Shown: positions 54,645 through 64,000, counted from the stretch's first letter. The stretch: 64,000 nucleotides of DNA from Candidatus Marinacidobacterium sp. (GCA_965220965.1 OZ244852.1:1696001-1760000); one strand, 5' to 3'. The notes: a model not told the origin generated them from the sequence alone. Program-made: numbers and translations.

Positions 54645-57600
54645 TCACGGCGAGGGAACGACCTCGAGGGCGAGGAGCGCGGTTTCGTCCTCCACCGTGA
54701 TCTGACGCCTCGGAATGCGGTCGGAAAGGTCGGGTCCCGCCGGCCCCAGGGCGACGGCGAGCGTCTCGGCCCGGAAGTGCGGTTCGCGGGCGGCGGCGAG
54801 CGCGAGGAGCGAGTCGGCGCCGCTGCCGCCGTCGAGGAACACCCGCACCCGGGCGGTGTAGGGGAGGTCCAGGTCCTTCCGGAACGACTGGACGCGGTTC
54901 AGGAGCTCGCGGTACCGCCCTTCCTCGAGCAGCTCCGGAGTGAGCCGGGTGTCGAGACTCACCGCGACACGCCCGCCCGCGCCGGTGGCGCGGCGCCCGG
55001 CGTCCTCCTTCGGCGTGCGGGTCTCGACGATCAGGTCGTCCGGATCGAGTCGGACCACGGCGCCGGAGAGCTCGAGATCGAGCCGGCCGTCATCCCGCAG
55101 CCGGTCGCGGACTTCGCGGGCGGGAAGCGCCCCGAGCGCCTGCTGGACTTCCCGCATCCGCCTGCCGAGCCTCGGGCCCAGGCGGCGGAAGTCCGGCTTC
55201 ACGACCACTTCGAGCGCGGCCTCGGGATCATCGGAGAAGCGGATCCCGCCGACGTTCAGCTCGTCGGCGAGGAGGTCGCGATGGGAGTCGAGCCGCTCCC
55301 GGAGCGCCGCGTCGGCCACCGAGACTTCGGCGGCGGCGAGCGGCTGCCGGACCCGGATCCCCTGCTCCTTGCGGAGGCGCAGCCCGAGCGACGCCACCTC
55401 GCGCACCAGCGCCATCTCCTCGTTCAGCCGGGCGTCGAGCGGGAAGACCGGCTCGGGCCAGTCGGTGAGGTGGACGCTCTCCGGCTCGGCGTCGCCGAAC
55501 GGTCGCACCACCAGATTGCGGTGGATCTCTTCCGCGAGGAAGGGCGTCAGCGGAGCGGCGAGCCGGGAAAGCCGGACGAGGGTGTCGTAGAGCGTCCGGT
55601 AAGCGTCGGCGGTCTCCACCGGGTCGTCGCCTCCCCAGAAGCGGCGGCGGCTCCGCCGCACCCACCAGTTCGAGAGCGACTCGGCGAAACCCGAGAGCGA
55701 ACGCGCCGCCTCGAAGCCGCGGAGCGACTCGAGGTGGCCGGTGATCTCGACGGTGGTCTCCTCGAGATGCGAGAGGATCCAGCGATCGAGGGGAGAGCGC
55801 GCCTCCGGCGGCCGCGCCTCGTCGTTCGAGGGGTCGAAACCGTCGATCGCGGCGTAGATCGTGAAGAACTGGTAGGTGTTCCGCAGCTTCAGGGGGAACT
55901 CGCGGGCGGCCTGGCGGACATTGGCGAGCGAGTGCCGCTTGTTCGCCCAGGGCGCCGCACCGGCGAGCAGCGACCACCGGAAGGCGTCGGCGCCGGCCTC
56001 GCGGAGCGTCTCCTCCGGCGGGGTGTAGTTCCCTCGGGACTTCGACTCCTTGCGGCCCTGGGGGTCGGTCACGTGGCCGAGCACCAGGCAGGAGCGGTAG
56101 GGGTGGGGATAGTCGGGGACCGGGATCCCGAGCCGCGAACAGGTGTCCTCGTCGAAGAGGAGCGTCGAGATCATGAGCAGCGAGTAGAACCAGCCGCGCG
56201 TCTGGTCGATCGCCTCGGTGATGTAGTCGGCCGGGAAGGTCTCGAGGAACCGCTCGCGGTTTTGGTGCGGAAAGCCCCACTCGGCGAACGGCATGGCGCC
56301 GGAGTCGAACCAGCAGTCGATGACCTCGGGGACCCGCCGGTAGGTTCCGGGCTCGCCCGGGTTCCGCCAGGTGACGTGGTCGACCCAGGGCTTGTGGACC
56401 ATCAGGTCGGGATCGAGTTCGGGGCGGCGCTCCTTTTCTTCCCGAAACGCCGCGAAGGCCTCGGGGTTCTTCGCTTCGATCTCGGCCACCGAGGCCGGCA
56501 TCTCGATCCGGCCGGTCTCGTCGTTCACCCAGACGTTCAGCGGGGTGCCCCAGAAGCGCTCGCGCGACAGCGCCCAGTCCACGTTGTTCCGCAGGAAGTC
56601 GCCGAACCGGCCCTCGCGGATGTGGTCGGGGAGCCAGTGGACGGCGTTGCTGTTCCGGAGCGCCGCGTCCTTCCGGCGCGTCGTGCGGATGAACCAGGCG
56701 GGGCGGGCGTACTGGATCAGCGCGTCCTCGTCGGCGCGCCAGCAGAAGGGGTATTCGTGGCGGAACGTCGCGTCGTGGAGGAGCCGTCCCTCCTCGCGCA
56801 GCCGGCGGATGATCCGCCCGTCGGCGTCCTTGACCCACGTCCCCTCGAGCCAGGCCGCCTCGGAGGTGAACCGCCCGTCGGGGCCGACCGCGCACGGGAG
56901 CGGGATCTCCGCCTCGTTCTCGTAGGCGGCGACCGTCGCGCGGTGGAGGTCGTGGTCCACTTCGCCGAAGGCCGGCGCCTCGTGCACCAGCCCGGTTCCC
57001 TGGTCGAGCTCCACGAACGGAGCGGCGAGCACCCGCCAGAACGCGGGGATCCGGGACCCATCCGGGAGGCGTCCCTCGAGGTCGCTCCAGGTCTTCCAGT
57101 AGTCGTCGAACGGCGGCCGGTAGCGGCGTCCCACGAGTTCCTCTCCGGCGAACCTGCGGAGGACTCTCAGGGGGCGGCCGATTTCGGCGGCGACCGCCTC
57201 GCGCCGCTCGGCGGCGACCACCAGGCGGCGCGCCGGGCCATCTTCGGGACGGTCCTCGACCTCCTCGTAGCGGGCGCCCGGGCGGACCGCGGCGTAGAGG
57301 TTCGAGGGCAGCGTCCAGGGCGTCGTGGTCCAGACGAGCAGCGAGAGCCCCGGGTCGTCCACCAGCGGCAGCGTCACGTAGACGGCGGGGTCATCGACTT
57401 CGCGGTAGCCGAGCCCGACCTCGGCGGAGGACAGCGCGGTGCCGCCCTGGGCCCACCACCAGACGACCTTCTCGCCCCGGTAGAGGAGCCCCTTGCGGTG
57501 GAGCTCGGAGAGCGCCCACCAGACGCTCTCCACGTAGGCGCGGCGGTAGGTGACGTAGGCGCCGTCGAGGTCCACCCAGTGTCCGATGCGCGAGGTCATC

Positions 57601-58004
57601 TCCTCCCAGTCGCGGATGTACCGGAAGACGCTCGCCATGCAGCGCTCGACGAAGGGCCCGACGCCGTACGCCTCGATCCCCGCGCGGCCGTGGATCCCGA
57701 GCTCCTTCTCGACCTCGACCTCGACCGGAAGGCCGTGCGTGTCCCAGCCGGCGATCCGTTCGGCGTAGCGGCCGCGCATCGTCTGGAAGCGCGGGAAGAT
57801 GTCCTTGAACACCCGGGTCAGGACATGGCCGTTGTGGGGCCGCCCGTTGGCCGTCGGAGGGCCATCGCGCCAGACCCAGGGCCTGGCGCCCTTGCGGCGC
57901 TCGACCGAGCGCTCGAAGACCCGGCGCTCGCGCCAGAAGGCGGCGATCTCGGCCTCGGCGGCCGTCACCTCGGCGACGGGGCGGGCGGGCAGGAACAGGG
58001 ACAC
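54645..58004 (-). CDS. ileS: Isoleucyl-tRNA synthetase, type 2 (eukaryote/archaea-like)
   Basis: DGPPTANGRPHNGH, GWDTHGLPVE, WTTTPWTLPSN, DWALSRERFWGTPL, EAIDQTRGWFY and KESKS; no C-terminal zinc finger. Confidence 0.93.
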   Translation of the reverse strand: MSLFLPARPVAEVTAAEAEIAAFWRERRVFERSVERRKGARPWVWRDGPPTANGRPHNGHVLTRVFKDIFPRFQTMRGRYAERIAGWDTHGLPVEVEVEKELGIHGRAGIEAYGVGPFVERCMASVFRYIRDWEEMTSRIGHWVDLDGAYVTYRRAYVESVWWALSELHRKGLLYRGEKVVWWWAQGGTALSSAEVGLGYREVDDPAVYVTLPLVDDPGLSLLVWTTTPWTLPSNLYAAVRPGARYEEVEDRPEDGPARRLVVAAERREAVAAEIGRPLRVLRRFAGEELVGRRYRPPFDDYWKTWSDLEGRLPDGSRIPAFWRVLAAPFVELDQGTGLVHEAPAFGEVDHDLHRATVAAYENEAEIPLPCAVGPDGRFTSEAAWLEGTWVKDADGRIIRRLREEGRLLHDATFRHEYPFCWRADEDALIQYARPAWFIRTTRRKDAALRNSNAVHWLPDHIREGRFGDFLRNNVDWALSRERFWGTPLNVWVNDETGRIEMPASVAEIEAKNPEAFAAFREEKERRPELDPDLMVHKPWVDHVTWRNPGEPGTYRRVPEVIDCWFDSGAMPFAEWGFPHQNRERFLETFPADYITEAIDQTRGWFYSLLMISTLLFDEDTCSRLGIPVPDYPHPYRSCLVLGHVTDPQGRKESKSRGNYTPPEETLREAGADAFRWSLLAGAAPWANKRHSLANVRQAAREFPLKLRNTYQFFTIYAAIDGFDPSNDEARPPEARSPLDRWILSHLEETTVEITGHLESLRGFEAARSLSGFAESLSNWWVRRSRRRFWGGDDPVETADAYRTLYDTLVRLSRLAAPLTPFLAEEIHRNLVVRPFGDAEPESVHLTDWPEPVFPLDARLNEEMALVREVASLGLRLRKEQGIRVRQPLAAAEVSVADAALRERLDSHRDLLADELNVGGIRFSDDPEAALEVVVKPDFRRLGPRLGRRMREVQQALGALPAREVRDRLRDDGRLDLELSGAVVRLDPDDLIVETRTPKEDAGRRATGAGGRVAVSLDTRLTPELLEEGRYRELLNRVQSFRKDLDLPYTARVRVFLDGGSGADSLLALAAAREPHFRAETLAVALGPAGPDLSDRIPRRQITVEDETALLALEVVPSP

Positions 58005-58076
58005 GGCGATCAGGCGACGACAGGCGGGAACCGCAACGGCCGGCGGGCCTCCGCAGCGACGCGCCTCGAGGGCTCG

Positions 58077-58149
58077 CGTCCCCAACGGGACTCGAACCCG
58101 TGTTTTCGCCGTGAAAGGGCGACGTCCTGGGCCACTAGACGATGGGGAC
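58077..58149 (-). tRNA. tRNA-Glu (TTC), CCA not encoded
   Basis: GTCCCCATCGTCTAGTGGCCCAGGACGTCGCCCTTTCACGGCGAAAACACGGGTTCGAGTCCCGTTGGGGACG cloverleaf. Confidence 0.95.
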
Positions 58150-58155
58150 CCGAAT

Positions 58156-58231
58156 TGGTAGGCCGTGCAGGCATCGAACCTGCGACATCTCGCTTAAAAG
58201 GCGAGCGCTCTGCCAACTGAGCTAACGGCCC
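58156..58231 (-). tRNA. tRNA-Lys (TTT), CCA encoded
   Basis: GGGCCGTTAGCTCAGTTGGCAGAGCGCTCGCCTTTTAAGCGAGATGTCGCAGGTTCGATGCCTGCACGGCCTACCA. Confidence 0.95.
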
Positions 58232-58298
58232 GAGCGAGGAGGGGAACCGGGAATGGTAGCAGTGAAAGAGCGCGCCGGCGGCCCCCTTGCAGGGGCCG

Positions 58299-59609
58299 TC
58301 AGGCCTCCTCGGTGAGCGCGGTCACCGGAGTCCTCAGGCGGGCGAAACAGGAGGCGCGTTCGGGGCCGGTTCCGGCCAGGGAGACCGGGACCTGGACGAG
58401 TTCCTCGAGCGCGTCGAGGTAGGCGCGGGCCTCCTCCGGGAGGTCTTCGAGCCGGGTCACGCCCGCGGTGGGGCGGGACCAGCCGGGGAGGGTGCGGTAC
58501 TCGGGCTGACAACGGGAGAGCGCCCCGAAAGCGCCCGGAAACTCGTCCACCGGTTCGCCGTCGAGGCGGTAGCGGACGCCGACCTTGACCTCGTCGAGGC
58601 CGTCGAGGACATCCAGCTTGGTGATCGCCAGCTCGTCCAGTCCGTTGACCCGCCGGGCGTAGCGAAGCACCACGCTGTCGAACCAGGCGCAGCGCCGGGG
58701 CCGGCCGGTGGAGGCCCCGTATTCGTTGCCCTTCTGCTGGATGTGGCGGTTCATGTCCGGCGCCATCTCGGTGGGCATCGGGCCCTCGCCGACGCGGGTC
58801 TGGTACGCCTTGGCGACGCCCAGCACCCGGCTCACCGCGCGGGGTCCGACGCCGGCGCCCACCGCGGCCCCGGCGGCGACCGCAGTCGACGAGGTCACGA
58901 AGGGGTAGGTGCCGTGGTCCAGATCGAGGAGCGTCGCCTGGGCGCCCTCGAAGAGCACGGAGTGGCCCGCTTCCAGGGCGTCATGGACGAGGAGCGAGGT
59001 GTCGGCGATCCGCGGACCCAGCCGCGCCGTCAGGCCATCCAGAAGCTCCCGCGCCGCCGCCGTCTCCTCCTGGCGCCGTTCCTCGCTCCAGCCAAGCTCA
59101 CGCCCGCGCTCGGCCATCAGATGGTCGAGACGCCCGTCGCGGTAGTCCGGGTGGCGGAGGTCCCCGATCCGCAGTCCGCGGCGGCCCGCCTTGTCCTCGT
59201 AGGCCGGTCCGATTCCGCGGCGCGTCGTTCCGATCCGGTGGCTTCCCAGCCGGGTCTCCTCTCCGGCTTCGGCGTGGCGATGGACCGGAAGGATGATGTG
59301 GGCGCGGTCCGAGACCAGCAGGTTGGCGGCCGGGTCGAGGCCCGACTCCTCGAGCAGGTCCAGCTCGTGGAAGAGCGCGACCGGATCCACGACGCAGCCG
59401 TTGCCGATGACGGCGCGGACGCCTGGATGGAGGACCGCCGAGGGAAGCAGATGGAGGACGTGGGTGCGCCCTCCCACGACCACGGTGTGGCCGGCGTTGT
59501 GCCCGCCGCCGTAACGCACCACCATGTGGAACCGGGGGGCGAGGAGGTCGACGAACTTCCCCTTCCCTTCGTCGCCCCACTGCGTCCCGACGACCGCCAG
59601 ACCGGACAT
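58299..59609 (-). CDS. purA: Adenylosuccinate synthetase
   Basis: QWGDEGKGK, GGHNAGHT, GIGPAYEDK, FEGAQ, HGTYPFVTSS and EYGASTGRPRRC. Confidence 0.96.
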   Translation of the reverse strand: MSGLAVVGTQWGDEGKGKFVDLLAPRFHMVVRYGGGHNAGHTVVVGGRTHVLHLLPSAVLHPGVRAVIGNGCVVDPVALFHELDLLEESGLDPAANLLVSDRAHIILPVHRHAEAGEETRLGSHRIGTTRRGIGPAYEDKAGRRGLRIGDLRHPDYRDGRLDHLMAERGRELGWSEERRQEETAAARELLDGLTARLGPRIADTSLLVHDALEAGHSVLFEGAQATLLDLDHGTYPFVTSSTAVAAGAAVGAGVGPRAVSRVLGVAKAYQTRVGEGPMPTEMAPDMNRHIQQKGNEYGASTGRPRRCAWFDSVVLRYARRVNGLDELAITKLDVLDGLDEVKVGVRYRLDGEPVDEFPGAFGALSRCQPEYRTLPGWSRPTAGVTRLEDLPEEARAYLDALEELVQVPVSLAGTGPERASCFARLRTPVTALTEEA

Positions 59610-59635
59610 CGGAGCCCCCCGCGGCCTGCCGGAGG

Positions 59636-60154
59636 CTATTCGCCGAGGCCGAGGAGTCTGCGGACTTCCGCTTCGAGGCGGTCCGGAGTCCGGTTGGGGT
59701 TGAACCCGAGGTGCTGGGTCCGGACGATCCCCTCGCGATCGGCGATGTAGGTCGTGGGCATGGCGAAGATCCGGAAGGCCTCGTCGGCGCGAAGCGTGGA
59801 GATGAGGTTCAGGTAGCTGACCCCGCGCTCGTCGAGGAACTCGCGGATCTCGTCCGTGGGCGGAACCTGGTCGTCCACGTGGAGACCGATCACCACCAGA
59901 CCGTCGTCGCGATAGCGGTCCTCGAGTTCCTGGAAGAACGGGAGCGAGAGCTCGCAGGGACCGCACCAGACCGCCCAGAAGTCGTAGACGACAACTTTCC
60001 CCGGAAAGCCGCGCAGGGACACTTCGTTCCCTTCCAGATCCGGGAGGGCGAGGTCGGGCGCCGGCTCCTCGAGGACGCCCCGCTGGGCGGCGGCGGGCGC
60101 CGCGAGCGCGACGGCGGCGATCAGGACGGCCGGGACGAGAGCGATCTTCATCAT
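59636..60154 (-). CDS. TlpA/ResA-like exported thiol-disulfide oxidoreductase
   Basis: Signal peptide; APDLALPDLEG; DFWAVWCGPC; MPTTYIADREG. Confidence 0.9.
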   Translation of the reverse strand: MMKIALVPAVLIAAVALAAPAAAQRGVLEEPAPDLALPDLEGNEVSLRGFPGKVVVYDFWAVWCGPCELSLPFFQELEDRYRDDGLVVIGLHVDDQVPPTDEIREFLDERGVSYLNLISTLRADEAFRIFAMPTTYIADREGIVRTQHLGFNPNRTPDRLEAEVRRLLGLGE

Positions 60155-61104
60155 TCGTGCTCCGCGAGCCAGCGCTCGCAACTGATGGCCGCCATGCAGC
60201 CGGTTCCGGCCGCGGTGACCGCCTGCCGGTAGGTCGGGTCCATCACGTCCCCGCAGGCGAAGACGCCCTCCACCGAGGTCGTGGTGGTCCCGGGCCGGAC
60301 TTCGACGTAGCCTCGGGGGTCGAGCTCGAGCCGCTCGTGGAAGATCTCGGTGTTCGGAACGTGGCCGATGGCCACGAACATCGCGCCGACCGGAAGCTCC
60401 GAGTCGGCGCCGGTCTTCCGGTTCCGCAGCCGCAATCCGGTGACGCCGTCGTCGTCGCCGAGAACCTCCTCCACGACCGAATCCCAAACGAAGCGGATCC
60501 CGGCGTGGTTCAGCGCCCGGTTCGCCATGATCCGCGAGGCGCGCAGTTCGTCGCGCCGATGGATCACGTGGACGGTGGAGGCGAACCGCGTCAGGAACAG
60601 CGCCTCCTCCATCGCGGTGTCCCCGCCGCCGACGACCGCCATCTCGCGGCCCCGGTAGAGCGCCCCGTCACAGGTGGCGCAGGCGGAAACGCCTCGGTTC
60701 AGGAAGGCCTTCTCCGAGTCGAGGCCCAGCCAGCGGGCGCGCGCCCCGGTCGCCACGATCACCGACTCCGCGGTCCACGAGTCCTCCCCGGCGTGAACGG
60801 TGAAGGGGCGGGAGGAGAAGTCCACCCCATCGGCGTCCAGGTTGTGGACCTCGGCGCCGAAGCGCTCCGCCTGCCGGCGGAACAGGTCCATGAGCTCGGG
60901 GCCGGTGACGCCCTCGGGGAAGCCGGGGTAGTTCTCCACATCGGTGGTCAGCATGAGCTGGCCCCCGGGAAGGCCGATGTCCGGCTCGAAGCCCGAGCCC
61001 GCGAGGACGACCGGCTGGAGCTCGGCGCGCGCGGCGTAGAGCGCGGCGGTGTAGCCGGCCGGTCCGCTGCCGATGATGACGACGCGACGAGAACTGTCGG
61101 ACAA
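60151..61104 (-). CDS. trxB: Thioredoxin-disulfide reductase
   Basis: IIGSGPAGYTAA, VENYPGF, SACATCDG, GGGDTAMEEA and YRQAVTAAGTGC. Confidence 0.96.
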   Translation of the reverse strand: MSDSSRRVVIIGSGPAGYTAALYAARAELQPVVLAGSGFEPDIGLPGGQLMLTTDVENYPGFPEGVTGPELMDLFRRQAERFGAEVHNLDADGVDFSSRPFTVHAGEDSWTAESVIVATGARARWLGLDSEKAFLNRGVSACATCDGALYRGREMAVVGGGDTAMEEALFLTRFASTVHVIHRRDELRASRIMANRALNHAGIRFVWDSVVEEVLGDDDGVTGLRLRNRKTGADSELPVGAMFVAIGHVPNTEIFHERLELDPRGYVEVRPGTTTTSVEGVFACGDVMDPTYRQAVTAAGTGCMAAISCERWLAEHE

Positions 61105-61241
61105 ACGCCGTGAGCGTAGCAGTAGCGAGGACCCGGAGGCCGGAAGCGACGGGGGCGCTCCGTTGACGCCCTCGGCCTCATTGGAAGCGACACACGCAAG
61201 GCCCCCTCGCTCCCGGCGCGCGGCCCGGTGGGCCGTTTCCG

Positions 61242-62114
61242 TTACGGGGGGCTGGTCAGTCGGGAGAGGGCGGCGAAGTCGTCCGGGGAGAGCGCCTCCG
61301 GACGCAGCGTGGGGGAAATCCGCAACTCCTCAAGGGCGTCCAGGACGCGGTTGGCCAGCCGGGCGGGGTCCGCGCCGGGCCAGGGCGGAAGCGCGGCCGC
61401 CGCGTTTCGCAGCGTCTTCCGGCGGTGGGTGAACAGCCCCCGGACGAGGTGGCGGAAGTGGGGCTCGTCGCCGACCCCGGGCGGGTCGGCGCGCGGCTCG
61501 AGGCGGACCACCGCCGAGACGACCCGGGGGCGCGGACGAAACGCCGCGGGGTGGATCCGGAAGGCGATCCGGACCCGCATCGCCTGCTGGACAACGACCG
61601 AGAGACCGCCGTACTCGGGAGTGTCCGGCCGGGCGGCGGCCCGTTCGGCGACTTCCGACTGAAGCGTCAGGGTGAGCGGCGTGAACGGGGCCGGACGGGC
61701 GCCGGCGCCCTCGATGAGCCGGAGCAGCAGGGGCGAGGCGGTGGAGAACGGGAGGTTTCCGCAGAGCGGAAGCGGGAGCGTCTCGCCGAGGTCCCCCGCC
61801 GCGGCCTCCAGATCCATCGTGAGGGCGTCCCCGGTGAGAAGCCGGAGGCGATCCGCCAGGCCGCGCTCCCGGGCGTGGGACCCGAGGCGATCCGCCAGCC
61901 TCGGGTCGAGCTCGATGGCGACAACGCGCGCGCCCGCCTCGAGCAGCGGGAAGGTGATCGCCCCCTTGCCGGGGCCGATTTCCACGATGGCGGCGGCCCT
62001 CTCCTCCCGCCCGGCCGGATCCGGGAGCCGGAGCGCCTCGGCGACGAAGCGCGTCGCGACCGAGCGGTCGTGCAGGAAATTCTGGCCGCGGGCGCGGGTG
62101 GGGAAAAACGCCAC
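61242..62114 (-). CDS. rsmA: 16S rRNA m6,2A1518/1519 dimethyltransferase
   Basis: GQNFL, EIGPGKG, IELD, GNLPF, QSEVAER and FRPRPRV; start may be the ATG at 62186. Confidence 0.9.
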   Translation of the reverse strand: MAFFPTRARGQNFLHDRSVATRFVAEALRLPDPAGREERAAAIVEIGPGKGAITFPLLEAGARVVAIELDPRLADRLGSHARERGLADRLRLLTGDALTMDLEAAAGDLGETLPLPLCGNLPFSTASPLLLRLIEGAGARPAPFTPLTLTLQSEVAERAAARPDTPEYGGLSVVVQQAMRVRIAFRIHPAAFRPRPRVVSAVVRLEPRADPPGVGDEPHFRHLVRGLFTHRRKTLRNAAAALPPWPGADPARLANRVLDALEELRISPTLRPEALSPDDFAALSRLTSPP

Positions 62115-62232
62115 AGGTTCCCGGGATTGTCGCCGGATCCGGGCGCCCGGGAGTTCTCCGCCCGCTGGCGGCAGTTCCGGCCCCATCCTTGCGGGACTAC
62201 TTGAGGTTTGATAGCGTAACTTCGGCTTTCTT

Positions 62233-63099
62233 ATGACTTTGACGCTCCTCGACACCGGCGCTGCGGTGGCCCTTGGCGTCCTGCAGGGACTGACCGAGTT
62301 CCTCCCGGTGTCGAGTTCCGGCCACCTCGTGCTGGGACGGGCCTGGTTGCCGGGGGACGCGCTCGCCGCCCCGGGTGTGCTGTTCGAAGTCGTCGTCCAT
62401 CTCGGGACCCTGGTCGCCGCGCTGGTGTTCCTGCGCCGCGAGGTGATCGGCATTCTGGCCTCGCTCCTTCCCGGAGGCGGCGCGGAGAAGGCCGCCGGGC
62501 GGCGGCTCGCGCTCCTCCTGATCCTGGGTTCCCTGCCCGCCGCCGCCCTCGGTCTCGGCTTCCGGGACCTGATCGTCGCCTCGTTCGATGGCATGGGCGC
62601 CGCCTCGGCCGGGCTGCTGGCCACCGGGGCGGCGCTGCTGGGTTCCCGCCGGCTTCCGGACGCCCCCGCCCCCGGTCCCCGGGAAGAGCCCGGCGTCGGC
62701 GCCGTCCCGCCGGCGCCCCGGAGGGTCGTGGACGCGCTCATCGTGGGAGCGGCGCAGGCGGTGGCGATCCTGCCCGGGGTGTCCCGATCGGGGTTCACGA
62801 TCCTCGCGGGGCGGCTTCGGGGACTCTCGCCGGCCGCGGCGGCGCGATTCAGCTTTCTCCTCTCGGCGCCGGTCATCGCCGGCGCCGCGCTGGTCGAGGG
62901 GAGCGCCTTCCTGCAGGTCGGAGGCGCGCCGCCGGTCGTCGCCTGGGAGCTCGCCGCCGGCTTCGCGGCGGCGCTCGTCTCCGGCCTGCTGGCGCTCAAG
63001 TGGGTCTTCGGGTGGCTCGAAGCGCGGCGCTTCCACCAGTTCGGCTGGTATTGCCTGCTGGTCGGCGGCTGCGGCGCGGGCTGGGTGGCGGCCTCGTGA
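62233..63099 (+). CDS. uppP: Undecaprenyl-diphosphatase
   Basis: QGLTEFLPVSSSGHL, PGVSRSG and AARFSFLLS. Confidence 0.93.
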   Translation: MTLTLLDTGAAVALGVLQGLTEFLPVSSSGHLVLGRAWLPGDALAAPGVLFEVVVHLGTLVAALVFLRREVIGILASLLPGGGAEKAAGRRLALLLILGSLPAAALGLGFRDLIVASFDGMGAASAGLLATGAALLGSRRLPDAPAPGPREEPGVGAVPPAPRRVVDALIVGAAQAVAILPGVSRSGFTILAGRLRGLSPAAAARFSFLLSAPVIAGAALVEGSAFLQVGGAPPVVAWELAAGFAAALVSGLLALKWVFGWLEARRFHQFGWYCLLVGGCGAGWVAAS

Positions 63100-64000
63100 T
63101 GAAACGGGTGGCCGAGGCCCTGGGACGCGTCCTCTCCTCGGCGTTCTGGCGCCGCGAGTCGGGGGCGGTCCTGCTGCTGGCCGCCGGGGTCGCGGTGACG
63201 GCGGCGCTGGTGTCGCACTCGCCGGCCGATCCGGTCCCGGTGCTGACCGCCGGAAGGCCGGGACCGACGCTGAACTGGCTGGGGCCGGCCGGAGCGCTCC
63301 TCTCCAGCGTCATCCTCGAGACCGCCGGGCTGGTGGGCGTCGTCCTGCCCGTGCTGCTCATCCTGGCGGGGGTCCGGCGGCTCCGGCCGCCGCCGCCGGA
63401 TCAGGATCCGCCCGGGGTCCGGCCGCTGATCGCCGCCAGCCTGATGGTGAGCGGCGCCGGCCTGCTGGCGCTTCTCCAGCAGGTCCTGGGAGCGTCGGGG
63501 TTCGCCTGGGGCGGCGTCGCGGGGGCCCTGCTGGCCTCGGGACTGACGGCCGTCCTGAACCCGCTGGGCGCCGGGGTCGTCCTCGTGGCGCTGGCGGCGG
63601 TGGGATGGTTCGCGCTCCGGCCGTGGAGCGCGGGCGCCGAGAAGGAGACTTCGGACAGCGCGTGGGCCCGGCTGCGGGCTGGGCTCCGCGCCCGGTTCCT
63701 CGGCAAGACCCGCAGGCGGGAACGCCAGCGGACCGAGCGGCGGTTCGTGGCCCGGATCCAGCGGCGCCGCCGGACGACCGCGGGGACGACCCCCGCGCCG
63801 CGGCCGGTACCGCGCCCGCCGCGCGGCGGAGACCTGTTCGCGGAGGCGCCGGCGGCGACGCCGCCGAAGCGCCGTTCCGCCGCCAGGGCTCCCGCCCGCG
63901 GACCCTCGCGCTGGAAGCTGCCGTCGGTCCAGTTGCTGACCGGCCGCGCCAACCAGCCGGGGCCATCGCGGCGGGTCCTGGAGGAGCGGAAGCGGGCGCT
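63099..64000 (+). CDS. ftsK: DNA translocase FtsK, N-terminal 4TM domain and linker (3' truncated by window edge)
   Basis: Open frame from ATG 63099 (absent from the track because there is no stop): ALVSHSPADP...NWLGPAGA, GGVAG, WKLPSVQLL. Confidence 0.8.
   Translation, partial: MKRVAEALGRVLSSAFWRRESGAVLLLAAGVAVTAALVSHSPADPVPVLTAGRPGPTLNWLGPAGALLSSVILETAGLVGVVLPVLLILAGVRRLRPPPPDQDPPGVRPLIAASLMVSGAGLLALLQQVLGASGFAWGGVAGALLASGLTAVLNPLGAGVVLVALAAVGWFALRPWSAGAEKETSDSAWARLRAGLRARFLGKTRRRERQRTERRFVARIQRRRRTTAGTTPAPRPVPRPPRGGDLFAEAPAATPPKRRSAARAPARGPSRWKLPSVQLLTGRANQPGPSRRVLEERKRA

Noticed and set aside
58005-58076. T-box riboswitch upstream of ileS
   Set aside because: Only ~70 nt between tRNA-Glu and the start, and no T-box consensus
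521-63966. Many long alternative-frame and antisense ORFs (e.g. 47274..51578 -, 54381..58220 +, 32729..36466 +, 43146..46220 +, 8810..11569 +)
   Set aside because: They are Arg/Pro/Gly-rich, lack motifs and overlap well-supported genes; expected shadow ORFs in very high-GC DNA

Overview
GC-rich (visually about 70%+) bacterial chromosomal window with a diderm envelope (outer-membrane barrel, lipoproteins, RND-type adaptor). The gene content suggests an Acidobacteriota-like, possibly host-associated lineage; this is inference only. Most of the window is housekeeping and amino-acid metabolism: greA, nfeD/slipin, prfB with its +1 frameshift, gcvT-gcvH, rnpB, carAB, gmk, ileS2, tRNA-Lys/tRNA-Glu, purA, trxB, rsmA, uppP and the 5' part of ftsK. 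Most notable signals: (1) a signal-peptide-bearing, Cys-free peroxiredoxin split by an in-frame UGA at the catalytic position and followed by a SECIS-like hairpin (selenoprotein, 10883-11515); (2) a ~2.4 kb rearranged islet (20857-23280) bounded by ~190 bp diverged direct repeats, holding two paralogous membrane-anchored coiled-coil genes with different repeat numbers, framed by and interrupted by a structured MITE-like element; (3) the same MITE family stacked at 47188-47703, where its ends complete extended -10 boxes for both divergent neighbours; (4) a putative hydroxyproline/imino-acid catabolic cluster with an aconitase X fused in large-then-small subunit order; (5) widespread apparently leaderless genes; (6) motif-deviant enzymes (IleRS KESKS, an esterase lacking its nucleophile Ser). 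Most long ORFs in the supplied track are GC-driven shadow ORFs.
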